Assembly: GCA_965261395.1 (NCBI GenBank)
Contig: OZ253462.1
Location: 1,952,001 to 2,016,000 of the forward strand
Origin: Candidatus Latescibacterota bacterium
GTDB lineage: Bacteria; Latescibacterota; UBA2968; UBA8231
Reading direction: 5' to 3'
DNA length: 64,000 nucleotides
Shown: in pieces, positions 28,944 to 39,500 of the stretch
Layout of the letters: every line of letters begins with the position of its first letter
Numbering within the stretch: the stretch's first letter is position 1
Program-made: the position numbers and the translations under genes
Notes under the pieces: model-generated
What the model saw: only the letters and a program-made list of their open reading frames with translations
The model's database searches: none
What the model was told of the DNA's origin: nothing

Positions 28944-29875
28944 GAAGCCGTCTGAAAACCCTTGCTGTAGCCGGTATTTGAATCGGCGTACTCATCGAGC
29001 CATATTCAGGTTTCGCGACAAAATCTGAACAGAAAGGCTCGTATGATGAGTACGCCTAGTAGGCAATATGCCACCGATGTAACCGATGTGCAATGGCGTC
29101 GGATCGAACCGTTGCTGCCGGCTTCGACATGGCAGCCGAACGGTCCGGGTCGGCCACCGCGGGATCGACGCCAGATCGTCAACGGCCTTTTGTATCTGAC
29201 CAAGACCGGTTGTCCTTGGGCTTTGTTGCCTTCTTGTTTTGGACCGTGGAAAACGGTGTATGATTACTTTCGTCGCTGGAGTCTACAAGGGGTCTGGCCG
29301 CAGGTATTGGATCGACTCACCCAGCGGGAACGCCGCCTCAACGGACGGGCTCCAACGCCGTCGGCTGGCGTAGTCGATAGTCAGACGATCAAGACGGCAA
29401 CCCATGGTAAAACAACCGGTTATGACGCCGGAAAAAAGGTCAAGGGGCGCAAGCGTCATCTGTTGGTCGACACCTCGGGCTTGCTTAGACAGGTGGTGGT
29501 CACCGCCGCCGATGTAGAGGATCGGGACGGCCTCAAGCAGGTGTTGACCCGCTTGGGGGCCTCCGGCGTAGCCCGGTTACGCAAACTGTGGGGCGATGGC
29601 GGCTATCGAGGCGATCCGATCCGAACGTGGGTGGCTAACGTAAAAAAGACGCACAAAATAGACTTGGAAGTCGTCGCCAAACAAGGCCCCGGCTTTGAGG
29701 TGTTACCACGCCGTTGGGTCGTCGAGCGCACGTTTGCGTGGTTGATGAATTTTCGCCGACATGCCCGAGATTATGAGGTGTTGACCCACCATAGCGAAGC
29801 CTTGATCCAGATTGCTATGATCCACTTGCTGCTCAAACGGATCAAATAGAAAAAATATAGTTTTCAGACGGCTTC
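28944..29875 (+). mobile_element. IS5-family insertion sequence (IS1031-like), 932 bp
   Basis: Perfect 16-bp IRs GAAGCCGTCTGAAAAC (28944-28959) and GTTTTCAGACGGCTTC (29860-29875). TTA duplication at 28941-28943 and 29876-29878. Confidence 0.95.
29043..29849 (+). CDS. IS5 family DDE transposase
   Basis: TGCPW, VDSQT, GYDAGKKVKGRKRH, DGGY and RWVVERTFAW motifs. Confidence 0.95.
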   Translation: MMSTPSRQYATDVTDVQWRRIEPLLPASTWQPNGPGRPPRDRRQIVNGLLYLTKTGCPWALLPSCFGPWKTVYDYFRRWSLQGVWPQVLDRLTQRERRLNGRAPTPSAGVVDSQTIKTATHGKTTGYDAGKKVKGRKRHLLVDTSGLLRQVVVTAADVEDRDGLKQVLTRLGASGVARLRKLWGDGGYRGDPIRTWVANVKKTHKIDLEVVAKQGPGFEVLPRRWVVERTFAWLMNFRRHARDYEVLTHHSEALIQIAMIHLLLKRIK

Positions 29876-29958
29876 TTAACTCAGCTCAACCGTGGAAGCG
29901 GTACGAGGCTCATGCTTTCATTGAAGCCGCGTGGAGCTATATCCAAGTAAGATAAAGA

Positions 29959-30603
29959 ATGAAAATCGAGCGCACCCATATCACTGTTTTCGTAGCTATA
30001 GCTGCGCTTGTGTGGTGGGGCACTTTGTTATGGCAGGATACGCCAGTTGCTTGGGAACACGGAAAGCCCTTCACTGTGGTCGTAAGTGTTCTTGGAGTGT
30101 TTGGGCTTGTCTTTGATCATTTTTTGTGGCGTTGCCGGTTGTTTCACGGATGGTTGGTTAAACGGCCAGATCTCCGCGGGACTTGGCGCGTCGAACTCCA
30201 GTCAAGCTATATCAATCCGGAGACCGGAGAGCGTGTGCCTATGATTGTCTGCTACATGGGGGTCAAGCAGACGCTATCGGAACTCAAGATGCACTTGATG
30301 ACACCAGAATCTGAATCCTGGTCTATCGCGAGCCACATTAGGCCCTCTCCAAGCGGAAACGGCTATCAGGTGATCTGTGTCTACAAAAACAAGCCTAACA
30401 TCCATCTTCGCGACGAACGAATTAGTGAGATACATAACGGAGCTCTCATCATCGATACTCATGGTTCTGGTGTTCGGCCCGATACCTTCACGGCAGAATA
30501 CTGGACCGACCGCAAGACGGTGGGGAGCATGAAATTTGAAAGTCGTATCAGCCAAGTTTTCACGCACTTTGAAGACGCGGATCAGCACTTCGAGCAAAAC
30601 TAA
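29959..30603 (+). CDS. cap15: CBASS 2TM beta-barrel effector (Cap15-like)
   Basis: Two N-terminal TM helices, PDLRGTW, QT...TPESES, YKNKP, HNGA and YWTDR motifs. Starts 3 bp after the restored cyclase stop. Confidence 0.82.
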   Translation: MKIERTHITVFVAIAALVWWGTLLWQDTPVAWEHGKPFTVVVSVLGVFGLVFDHFLWRCRLFHGWLVKRPDLRGTWRVELQSSYINPETGERVPMIVCYMGVKQTLSELKMHLMTPESESWSIASHIRPSPSGNGYQVICVYKNKPNIHLRDERISEIHNGALIIDTHGSGVRPDTFTAEYWTDRKTVGSMKFESRISQVFTHFEDADQHFEQN

Positions 30604-30658
30604 CCGAGCAGTCTGATGCCATATGTGTTCACACAACCATGATGAAACCGACTAAAAC

Positions 30659-33600
30659 ATGACCGACAAACGCCTCATCGAAGTCGCCTTCCCCCTGAAG
30701 CAGGTCTCCCTCGACTCTGTCCACGAGAAGAATGTGCGTCACGGCCACATCTCCACGCTGCACATCTGGCCGGCGCGGCGACCGCTAGCCGCGGCGCGGG
30801 CGGCGCTGATTGCGACGTTGCTTGCCGATCCCGGCGATCCCAAGCAACGGCAGGAGATTCTGGATCGCATGGCGGGTCGCGTCGTCGAGAAAATTGAGCG
30901 CAAGCGGGTGAATGGGCGGGTGGTCGAGAAGGTGAAGGAGGAAACGGTCGGCGGCATTCTTCATTGGGGGCGCGAGAATGATCCCGATCTTGCGTGGTTC
31001 CGCGCAGAGATTCGCAAGGCGTACGGCGGGCGGGCACCCAAGGTGCTGGACCCGTTTGCCGGTGGCGGTGCCATTCCGCTCGAAGCCATGCGCCTCGGCT
31101 GCGACGTGACCGCCATGGACATCAACCCGGTGGCTTGGTTCATCCTCAAGTGTACCCTCGAATACCCGCAGAAGCTCGCTGGTCAGACCCGCCCGCTGCC
31201 CGAATTCGCGCTGGAGGACGGCGAATTCATGGAGGCGTTTCTGAAGGCGAAGGGGTTTAAGGGTGCCAGCTTGCGGACCTTCTTGGAGCGGCTCGGCCAC
31301 GGCGATGGCGGTGAAATCCAGCTCGATCTCTTGCAACAGGACGATCCCATACTGGAGGCGGATCTCGCTTGGCACGTGCGCGCTTGGGGCCGGTGGGTGC
31401 TGGCCAAGGCGCGCACGGAGTTGGCTGCGCACTATCCGACTTATGCTGAGTTCGAGCCGCTGAAGGCGGATGAGGAGTATGAGCCGCGTCCGATGCGACT
31501 CTTAGAGATTGATGATGCGGGAATTCCGCAGGTCGATCTGCTCAACGCCGAGTTCGACGCCGCCTATCTCAAGGACCCGCGCAACCCGCGCTGGATCGCC
31601 AAGCCGACGGTGGCCTATCTCTGGGCGCGGACTGTAACCTGCAAACAGTGCCGCGCCACCCTGCCGCTGCTCAAGACGCGCTGGTTGTGCAAGAAGGATC
31701 GCAAGCGCGTGCTGCTGACGATGGAGCCGAAGGCCGACCAGACTGGCGTTGTCTTCGGCGTGCAGAGCGACGTGCCGCACAACGGCGGCAACGCGGCGCA
31801 GCGGCGGGAGCACGACAAGCGCATCGGAGCGGGCACTATGTCGCGCACCGGCGCAACCTGCCCGTGCTGTGGCGCGATCACGACCATGGCGGATATCCGT
31901 TTTGAAGGCCGCGCTGGGCGGTTGGGCGCGGCGATGACGGCTGTGGTAGTGGATGGGCCGAAAGGCAAGGGTAAGGAATACCGCTTGCCGATGGACCACG
32001 AGCGGGCGGTGGCAGAAGTGACTGAGGAACAGCTTCAGGCGCTGTATGCGGACATCCCGTTTGGGCTGCCGGAGGAACCAATCATTGAAGACGCGAAACG
32101 AAACACATGGTGTGTTCAATATGGGGAAAATTCCTGGAGAAAGCTGTTTACGAACCGGCAGCTATTGGCCCTTGGCTCGTTCGTTTTGATCCTTCGGAAA
32201 CTAATGAAAGAACTTGATGATTGGCCGGAGAGTTGGCGCGAGGGGCTGATTGCAAATCTTGCACTCGTGAACGACCGGCTGGCAGACTACTCCAGCACAA
32301 TCTGCTCTTGGCACAACGGAAGAGAGGTAATTAGAAATACTTTTGGGCGATTTGCTCTGCCTATCGTCTGGGATTATACCGAAGTCAATCCGTTATCAGA
32401 TACATCTGGCAACTTCCGCGGTGCACTTGATTGGGTTTCTAAGGTCTGCGAGCATCTGCAAAAAAGCATCGATTCAGCCCGAAGCGGAGAGAGCATTTGT
32501 GCATCGGCCATCACCTTCCCAACCGATAGTGTCGATCTGATATTAACCGACCCACCTTACTACGATGCAATCGGTTATTCCGTCCTTATGGACTTCTTCT
32601 ATGTCTGGCTTAGGCGATCGACACATGGATTGTCCGCCAAGGTCGAATCGGTCTTCTCCGATGCCCTTGGCCCCAAATGGGATCATGGCACCAGCGACGG
32701 CGAGCTCATAGACGACGCCAGCAGATTTGGTGGCGACAGAGAGCGGTCCAAGCAGAACTATGAAGACGGCATGGCCCGATCGTTCCGCTCTTGTCACGCT
32801 GCGTTGGGGCCAAACGGGCGGCTCGTGGTTGTGTTTGCCAACAAGCATCCCAATGCTTGGGAGACGTTGATCGCTGCCCTGATTCGGGCCGGCTTCGTCG
32901 TCGATGGCTCGTGGCCCATCCAGACCGAGATGAGCAACAGAACCCGCTCACTAGGGTCGGCCGCTCTCGCCTCCTCCGTCTGGATCGTCTGCAAAAAGCG
33001 CCCCCCCGCTCGCCCCGGCTGGGACACCACCGTCCTCAACGAAATGCGCGACAACATCACCCAGCAACTCCGCGACTTCTGGGACGCCGGCATCCGCGGC
33101 CCCGACTTCGTATGGGCCGCAACCGGCCCAGCCCTCGAAGCCTTCAGCAAGCACCCCGTAGTCAAAAAGGCCAACGACCCGAACCAACTAATGACCGTCT
33201 CGGAATTCCTGCGCGAAGTGCGGCGCATGGTCGTCGATTTCGTCGTCGGCCGCGTGCTGACCCAAGACGGCGACCAAGACCTGCCCCGTGCCACGACACG
33301 GGGAGCCGCGACCGGCCTCGACGACGTAACCACCTACTACCTGCTCCATCGCCACGACTTCGGCATGGCAGAAGCCCCCGTCGGCGGCTGCATCCTCTAC
33401 GCCCTATCGTGCAACCTCTCCGACTCCGCCCTCGTCAACCAGCACGACCTCCTCGCCCAAGCGGGCAAAGGAAGAGCCAGCGACGAACTCGAAGAGGACG
33501 ACCCACCCGAGGACGCAGAAGAGACAAGCGGCGGTGCCAAAGTCAAGCTCAAACCCTATAACCGGCGACAGGGCCGCAACCTCGGCCTCGAAGCCCCAGG

Positions 33601-33880
33601 CGGACGCCCCGTCCCCCTCATCGACCAAGTCCACAAACTCATGCACCTCTGGCGCGCCGGCGACCAAGTCAAAGTGGACGACTACCTCGACACCCGCGGC
33701 CTCCAGCACAACGCCCTATTCAATCAAATCCTCCAGGCCCTCATCGAACTAGCCGCCGCCGGCTCCGACGAGCGCTCCATCCTCGAAGCCCTAAGCAACC
33801 ACCTAGCCGCTCGCGGCGGTGTTCAGGCACAGAGGCAGAGGCAGCTTCAATTCGGAACGAAAACGGATGGCAATGGATAA
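30659..33880 (+). CDS. DUF1156 domain DNA methyltransferase (amino-MTase)
   Basis: LHIWPARRPL, LDPFAGGG (SAM motif), TDPPYY (catalytic) and CxxC pairs. Confidence 0.9.
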   Translation: MTDKRLIEVAFPLKQVSLDSVHEKNVRHGHISTLHIWPARRPLAAARAALIATLLADPGDPKQRQEILDRMAGRVVEKIERKRVNGRVVEKVKEETVGGILHWGRENDPDLAWFRAEIRKAYGGRAPKVLDPFAGGGAIPLEAMRLGCDVTAMDINPVAWFILKCTLEYPQKLAGQTRPLPEFALEDGEFMEAFLKAKGFKGASLRTFLERLGHGDGGEIQLDLLQQDDPILEADLAWHVRAWGRWVLAKARTELAAHYPTYAEFEPLKADEEYEPRPMRLLEIDDAGIPQVDLLNAEFDAAYLKDPRNPRWIAKPTVAYLWARTVTCKQCRATLPLLKTRWLCKKDRKRVLLTMEPKADQTGVVFGVQSDVPHNGGNAAQRREHDKRIGAGTMSRTGATCPCCGAITTMADIRFEGRAGRLGAAMTAVVVDGPKGKGKEYRLPMDHERAVAEVTEEQLQALYADIPFGLPEEPIIEDAKRNTWCVQYGENSWRKLFTNRQLLALGSFVLILRKLMKELDDWPESWREGLIANLALVNDRLADYSSTICSWHNGREVIRNTFGRFALPIVWDYTEVNPLSDTSGNFRGALDWVSKVCEHLQKSIDSARSGESICASAITFPTDSVDLILTDPPYYDAIGYSVLMDFFYVWLRRSTHGLSAKVESVFSDALGPKWDHGTSDGELIDDASRFGGDRERSKQNYEDGMARSFRSCHAALGPNGRLVVVFANKHPNAWETLIAALIRAGFVVDGSWPIQTEMSNRTRSLGSAALASSVWIVCKKRPPARPGWDTTVLNEMRDNITQQLRDFWDAGIRGPDFVWAATGPALEAFSKHPVVKKANDPNQLMTVSEFLREVRRMVVDFVVGRVLTQDGDQDLPRATTRGAATGLDDVTTYYLLHRHDFGMAEAPVGGCILYALSCNLSDSALVNQHDLLAQAGKGRASDELEEDDPPEDAEETSGGAKVKLKPYNRRQGRNLGLEAPGGRPVPLIDQVHKLMHLWRAGDQVKVDDYLDTRGLQHNALFNQILQALIELAAAGSDERSILEALSNHLAARGGVQAQRQRQLQFGTKTDGNG

Positions 33881-34361
33881 GAAAACGGTATACATCGAGA
33901 CCTCGACCGTGTCATATTTGACGGCTCGACCTACGAATGATCTGCTGGCGTCTGCTTGGCAAATGATCACGGTTGAGTGGTGGGAAACGCAGAGAATCCG
34001 ATTCGACCTTTATACCTCTGATGTTGCGCTTGAAGAGGCTGGAAAGGGCAACCTTGAGGCGGCGGCACGACGTCTTGAAGCGTTATCCGGTATTCCCATA
34101 TTGCCCATTACGGGGAGCGTCGTCGCGTTGTCCAAAGTGCTTCTCCAAGGAAGAGCCCTGCCGGCTAAGGCCCTAGACGATGCCCTGCATATTGCCGTAT
34201 CCGCGGTACACGGCGTCGATTATCTTCTGACTTGGAACTGTCGGCATCTTGATAATGCCGAAACCAAACCCATCGTGCGGAGCATTTGTAGCATACACGG
34301 GCATACTAGTCCCGAAATATGCACCCCTCAAGAACTTATGGGAGTAGTTGAAGATGTCTGA
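33873..34361 (+). CDS. PIN-domain (VapC-like) toxin
   Basis: VYIETST, DALHIA, LLTWNCRH and ICTP motifs. Confidence 0.85.
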   Translation: MDKKTVYIETSTVSYLTARPTNDLLASAWQMITVEWWETQRIRFDLYTSDVALEEAGKGNLEAAARRLEALSGIPILPITGSVVALSKVLLQGRALPAKALDDALHIAVSAVHGVDYLLTWNCRHLDNAETKPIVRSICSIHGHTSPEICTPQELMGVVEDV

Positions 34362-34551
34362 CCAAATCATTGAGGAACTCTGGCAGATCAAAGACAGCAT
34401 CGCTCGGGAACATGACTATGATATCGAGTCCCTTGTTGCCCATCTCCAAACCAAACAGCGGTCGGCGGATCAGCAAGTTGTGGATCTGAGCGCCCTGAAG
34501 CGGACTGCCGACCAAGGCGCTCCAGGATCGCCAGACAAGCCGCGCCATTGA
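34354..34551 (+). CDS. Small putative antitoxin partner of the PIN toxin
   Basis: MSDQIIEELWQIKDSIAREHDYDI. Overlaps the PIN stop. Confidence 0.65.
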   Translation: MSDQIIEELWQIKDSIAREHDYDIESLVAHLQTKQRSADQQVVDLSALKRTADQGAPGSPDKPRH

Positions 34552-34565
34552 GCTTGGTCGGAGGA
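34507..34565. repeat. Imperfect hairpin resembling a degenerate integron attC site
   Basis: GCCGACCAAGGCGCTCCAG...TGAGCTTGGTCGG. The arms pair with bulged bases, but the canonical AAC/GTT cores are not intact. Confidence 0.4.
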
Positions 34566-34658
34566 TTATGAATATGTCTCTCCGACGCGCTTATTCAATG
34601 ATATGCCTGAGCCTGTCGAAGCCGAGTATCGAGTGAATAGTCAACCGGAGGAAATCCG

Positions 34659-35921
34659 ATGATCACGTCGATTCGCCTCGTGAATTTCAAGAACTTCGCC
34701 GACGAAACCCTGCGCGTCGGCCCGTTCACCGTAATCGTAGGCGCGAACGCCAGCGGTAAGAGCAATATCCGCGACGCCTTCCGCTTCCTACACGGCATAG
34801 GCCGGGGATACTCATTGGCGGAGATCATCGGCGGTAAATACGGGGCAGACTGGAAACCGATTCGCGGTGCGGCGAATGAGATCGTCCGGTTCGGGCAGGC
34901 TGCGTTTTCTATTGAGGTCCGTATGAGATTAGAAGATACAGACACATGTTACCTGATCGAGGTTAGTAACGACAAAGAAGGACCCAATGAATTCCGGTTT
35001 ACCAATGAAGGACTTACGGGCCCCTCCTTCATCGTTAAGAGCAATCCCGACCGAGACGATTCCGTCCAAACACAATCCGACGCCTTCCCTCTACTTCTCA
35101 ACATGTTTTTGGCCATTAAAGAGGAAGACCCCAAAATCCAGATCAAGTTTGGACCGGCGCTGGAGAAAATGGGAGAGTTCATATCAATGACTCGCTCCTT
35201 TAAAAAACACCTTGAACCGTACATCCAACAGATAATCGACATCTTTGCCAACATGCGCTTTTTGGAACTGTCGCCGGACCAGATGCGAGAACCGGCCTTT
35301 CCCGGAGCGACTGTCTTGGGTGACTCCGGCGAGAATTTGCCGGTGGTGCTGGAGGACATCTGCTCCGACCCCAAGCGCAAAGAGATTCTCGCCGATTGGT
35401 TAAGCGAACTCACACCTATGGATGTGGCCGACTTCGAGTTCCCGCGCGACCCCAGCGGTCGGGTCCATCTCACGCTCTGCGAGACGAATGGTAGAAAAGT
35501 ATCGGCCTATAGCGCGTCGGACGGCACGCTACGTTTTCTCGCCATGCTGGCTGTACTGCTCGGTACAAAATCAGCCGGCCTCTACTTCTTTGAGGAAATT
35601 GACAATGGTATCCACCCTGTGCGGCTGAACTTGTTAATGGATTTGATCGAACGGCAAACCGCGAAGCACGGTATTCAGGTGCTCACCACGACCCATGCGC
35701 CAACCCTGTTGACCGTAATGAACGATAATACGTTCGAGAATACATCCGTAATATGCCGCCTTGAAGACACTTCCGATGCAATCATCCGCCCGGTTGCCAA
35801 ACTGCCCAACGTGCGGGAGTTGAGGCAGGATCAAGGGCTGGGGCGTCTCCACGAATCTGGATGGATGGAGAACGCGCTCTTCTTCACCGAAGACTACGAT
35901 GAAGCGGAGGACGGCTCGTGA
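34659..35921 (+). CDS. ABC-type (AAA_21-like) ATPase
   Basis: NFKN, GANASGKS, ASDGT, FEEIDNGIHP and TTTHAP motifs. Confidence 0.88.
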   Translation: MITSIRLVNFKNFADETLRVGPFTVIVGANASGKSNIRDAFRFLHGIGRGYSLAEIIGGKYGADWKPIRGAANEIVRFGQAAFSIEVRMRLEDTDTCYLIEVSNDKEGPNEFRFTNEGLTGPSFIVKSNPDRDDSVQTQSDAFPLLLNMFLAIKEEDPKIQIKFGPALEKMGEFISMTRSFKKHLEPYIQQIIDIFANMRFLELSPDQMREPAFPGATVLGDSGENLPVVLEDICSDPKRKEILADWLSELTPMDVADFEFPRDPSGRVHLTLCETNGRKVSAYSASDGTLRFLAMLAVLLGTKSAGLYFFEEIDNGIHPVRLNLLMDLIERQTAKHGIQVLTTTHAPTLLTVMNDNTFENTSVICRLEDTSDAIIRPVAKLPNVRELRQDQGLGRLHESGWMENALFFTEDYDEAEDGS

Positions 35922-36490
35922 GAGTTCTCATCATTCCCGAAGACTTCCGCAACGATCAGTACATTCTGAAACCTATTTTCTTACGTCTCTTTCAATCCAT
36001 TGGCAGGCCGCGTGTACGTGTCGATGTTTGCCGTGACCCGCTGCTTGGCGGCGTCGGAGAAGCACTGAAGTCAGAACGCATTGCAGAGGTAGTCAGAATG
36101 CATGGAGGCATGACGGATATCTTCATCCTGTGCATAGACCGGGACGGCAAGGAAGGGCGACGTCAGAGTCTTAACCAACTCCAAAAGAAGTTCGACAACG
36201 GACAAACCTTTTTGGCCGAAAACGCTTGGGAAGAGATTGAAACTTGGCTCCTCGCGGGCTTAGATTTGCCCGCAAATTGGAATTGGAGGACCGTTCGAGC
36301 GGAAGTACAAGTCAAGGAAACTTACTTCGAACCGCTCGCTGTCCAGCGCGGATTATCGGACGCGCTAGGCGGTGGTCGAAAGCATCTGGGAGAAGAGGCA
36401 TCCCGCCGGATTGACGCGATTAGGCAGAAGTGTCCCGACGATTTCGATGCCCTTGCCCAGCGTCTCGAAGCCGCGATACAAAATACCTGA
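35918..36490 (+). CDS. ATPase partner protein, TOPRIM-like (DUF4276-like)
   Basis: IIPED, CIDRDG (DxD) and EIETWLLAG motifs. GTGA overlap with the ATPase stop. Confidence 0.65.
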   Translation: MRVLIIPEDFRNDQYILKPIFLRLFQSIGRPRVRVDVCRDPLLGGVGEALKSERIAEVVRMHGGMTDIFILCIDRDGKEGRRQSLNQLQKKFDNGQTFLAENAWEEIETWLLAGLDLPANWNWRTVRAEVQVKETYFEPLAVQRGLSDALGGGRKHLGEEASRRIDAIRQKCPDDFDALAQRLEAAIQNT

Positions 36491-36502
36491 ACGAGGTTTG
36501 AT

Positions 36503-39500
36503 ATGACAACGAAGCCTTCCTGGAAACCCTGGCAAGAGGTCGTACAACTGCGCGACGACCTAAAGACCGGCGAACTGTCGCTAGCCGTATTCGCCGCCGA
36601 CCTGTACGACGTAATCATGCAGAAGGGCCAGCGGCCAGTGTACGAGCATCCCGCCGAGTTCTTCGCCCTCACTTATCCCACCTACAATCTGCGGGAACTG
36701 GTCAAAGACGTGGCCCTGCGCTTGGCCGGCAAAAGCGATAAGGCGTACCGGAAGCTTTCGGTCAACTACGGCGGCGGCAAAACCCATACGCTCATCACGC
36801 TTAGGCACCTAGTACACGATCCAGCCACCTTGCCCGATCTGCCGGCAGTGAAGGAGTTCGAGGCGTCCATCGGCTCCAAGGCACCCAAGGCGCGAGTCGC
36901 GGCGCTGTGCTTCGACAAGATTGACCTAGAGAAGGGCGTCGAGACCCCGGGTCCCGACGGCACGATCAGGATGCTCAAGCATCCGTGGAGCATCCTCGCC
37001 TTTCAACTGGCGGGAGCAGATGGCCTCCGGCTCATTCACGCCGACGGCAAAGACGCCGAGCGCGACACCCCCCCGGCGGAACCGCTCGTGGTAGAACTGC
37101 TGTCGAAGCCACAACAAGACGATCTCTCGACGCTGGTGCTACTCGACGAGGTATTAATGTATATCCGCGTTCAGGTCGAAGCCGCCTCGGATTCGCGCGG
37201 ACGCTTGATCAGCTTTTTCCAGTACCTCACGCAAGCAGTCGTAAAAGTGGATCGCTGCGCCATGGTAGCCTCGCTGCTCGCCTCCGACCCAGGGAAGCAG
37301 GACGGTAACAAACTGCTGCGAGAAGTGTCCGAAGTCTTTGGCCGCCAGATGGAAGAAGACGCCAGTCCGGTTAGCAAGGAAGATGTGGCAGAGGTGCTGC
37401 GGCGGCGCTTTTTCAAACCTGAGTCGATTCGCGATCCAAGCGTTTTTCGCCCGCACGTCACTTCGGTAGTGGGGAGCATCGCTGCGCTCGACGAGCAGAC
37501 CCGGAAAGAACGGGGGAGCGCGGAGAAGCGCTATCTGAGCAGCTATCCCTTCCACCCAGACCTCTCCGATGTCTTCTACACCCGCTGGACCCAACTCGAC
37601 GGCTTCCAGCGCACCCGTGGCATCCTGCGGACATTTGCCATTGCCCTGCGCGATGCCGAAAAGTGGGACACGAGCCCGCTGGTCGGACCGAATGTGTTTT
37701 TGAACGAGCCGGACAAGAACGACTTGGCCGAAGCCGCCAGTGAACTTGCTTCCTTTGCCAGCGTTGACACCGAAACTGGCAAGCACCAAGAATGGCGGCC
37801 AATTCTCGAAGGTGAACTAGCCAAGGCGCGCACCATCCAGTCGGAGACGACCGGCTTGGGCCACCGGGAGATGGAACAGGCGGCTGTTGCGGTATTTCTG
37901 AGTTCTCAGCCCATTGGCCACAAGGCGCTGACTCAGGAGCTGATGGTGCTGATCGGAGCGGCCAAGCCGGATAAAATAGAATTGGAAAAGGCCCTGCGTC
38001 GCTGGACGGAACTGTCCTGGTTTCTCGACGAGGTGGAGGTCTCCACAGAATCAGAAGACGAGGGATTGCCCAAGGCGTGGCGGCTGGGCAATCGCCCCAA
38101 CCTGCGGCAGATGCACCACGACGCCTGCACTTCCCGCGTATCGCCCCCCCTCGTGGAATCACAGATCATCAATGCCATCGAAAAACTGAAGGTACTCACC
38201 ACTGGCGCATCCGCGGCCGGCGCAAAGGTCCACAACCTGCCGGAAAGACCGCGCGACATTGCGGACGACGGCGAGTTCCACTACGCAATCCTTAGCCCGA
38301 AAGCGGCCTCGGAGTCTGGCAAACCAAGCACCGAAGCCAAACAGTTCATCGACGAGACGACCGCGTCTGACCGCCCCCGAGTCCATCGCAACGCCATCGT
38401 CCTCGCCGTTCCTTCCCGGGACGGTCTCGACGCGGCGCGCAGGCGGGCGCGGGAGTATCTCGGTTGGGAGGAAGTCCGCGACCAACTCAAGAATCAGCCG
38501 ATTGACCCGATCCGCGAGCAGATGCTCATCAACGAAACAGAGGCGGCGAGAAAGCACATCCCTGGGGCTATCAGGCAAGCGTACTCCGTGGTTGTCACCG
38601 TCAACGAGAGCAATGATATCCACGCCTTCAAAGTAGTGGTGACCGACGCGCCCTTGTTCACCACCATCAAGGCCGATCCGCGAGCGCGCATCCAAGAAAC
38701 AGCCATCAGCTCAGAGGCGATGATGCCAGATGGCCCTTACGACTTGTGGCGCGAAGGAGAGGATTCTCGCCGGGTCAAGGATCTGGTCGGTGCCTTCGCG
38801 CAGTTTCCCAAGCTGCCCAAAATGCTGCGCCAGAAGGAAATTCTGGATACCGTCGTGCAAGGGGTTCAGCAAGGAATCTGGGTAGCGCGGGTCGTGCGCC
38901 CAGACCGCACCGCTAGGACATTCTGGCACACGGCCATCGACGAGCCAGCCCTCAAGGACTCAGGTCTGGAAGTACTGCTGCCCGAAGCAGCCACCCTAAG
39001 CGACCTCGCGCCCGATCTGCTCGCATATCAAAAACTCCCAGGGCTTTGGGAGGCTGAGGAGATCCGTGTTCAAGACGTGTACGACTATTTTTCCGGCAGC
39101 CACACCGTGAGCGTACCCAGAGAGGGCTACGAAGAGATGCTCAGCATCCCGAAGTGCGAACCAGCGGATGTCGAGACCGCGATCTCACAAGCTGTCGAGC
39201 AGGGAGTGGTGTGGTTGACCAGCGGACCAGCCTCAATCATAGAGGAGCCAGTCCCTGCTGGAGTACTCAGCGCTGCCGCGATATTAAGGCCACCACCCGA
39301 GCGGATTGACGTGGACGAGCTGATGGCCAAGTCGATCCCCGATGCTTGGAAAGACAGCAAGGCCAACGCCCTCGCCATTGCCACTGCACTTTCGACCAAG
39401 CGGGGCGTCAATTTGCCGTGGCCCACGGTGAAGTCGGCAATAGAAGATGGTATCCGTGCGCGCTGGATCGAACTGAGCAATGATAGCGCCGCGTGGCCAT

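Larger units (their letters stand above)
28097..29955 (+). pseudogene. cdnE: CBASS cGAS/DncV-like nucleotidyltransferase (CdnE-like), interrupted by IS5
   Basis: HGSY..NVRQDSDVDV, GNKAI, EADVAP, NYP and PGFLIEC motifs. Removing the IS and one TTA restores ...EVNDIKFLFNSAQPWKRYEAHAFIEAAWSYIQVR* (307 aa, stop 29953-29955). Confidence 0.88.

Noticed and set aside
34606-34622. CCTGAGCCTGTCGAAG, resembling half of a REP-like palindrome
   Set aside because: Single copy with no complementary arm nearby, so there is insufficient support.
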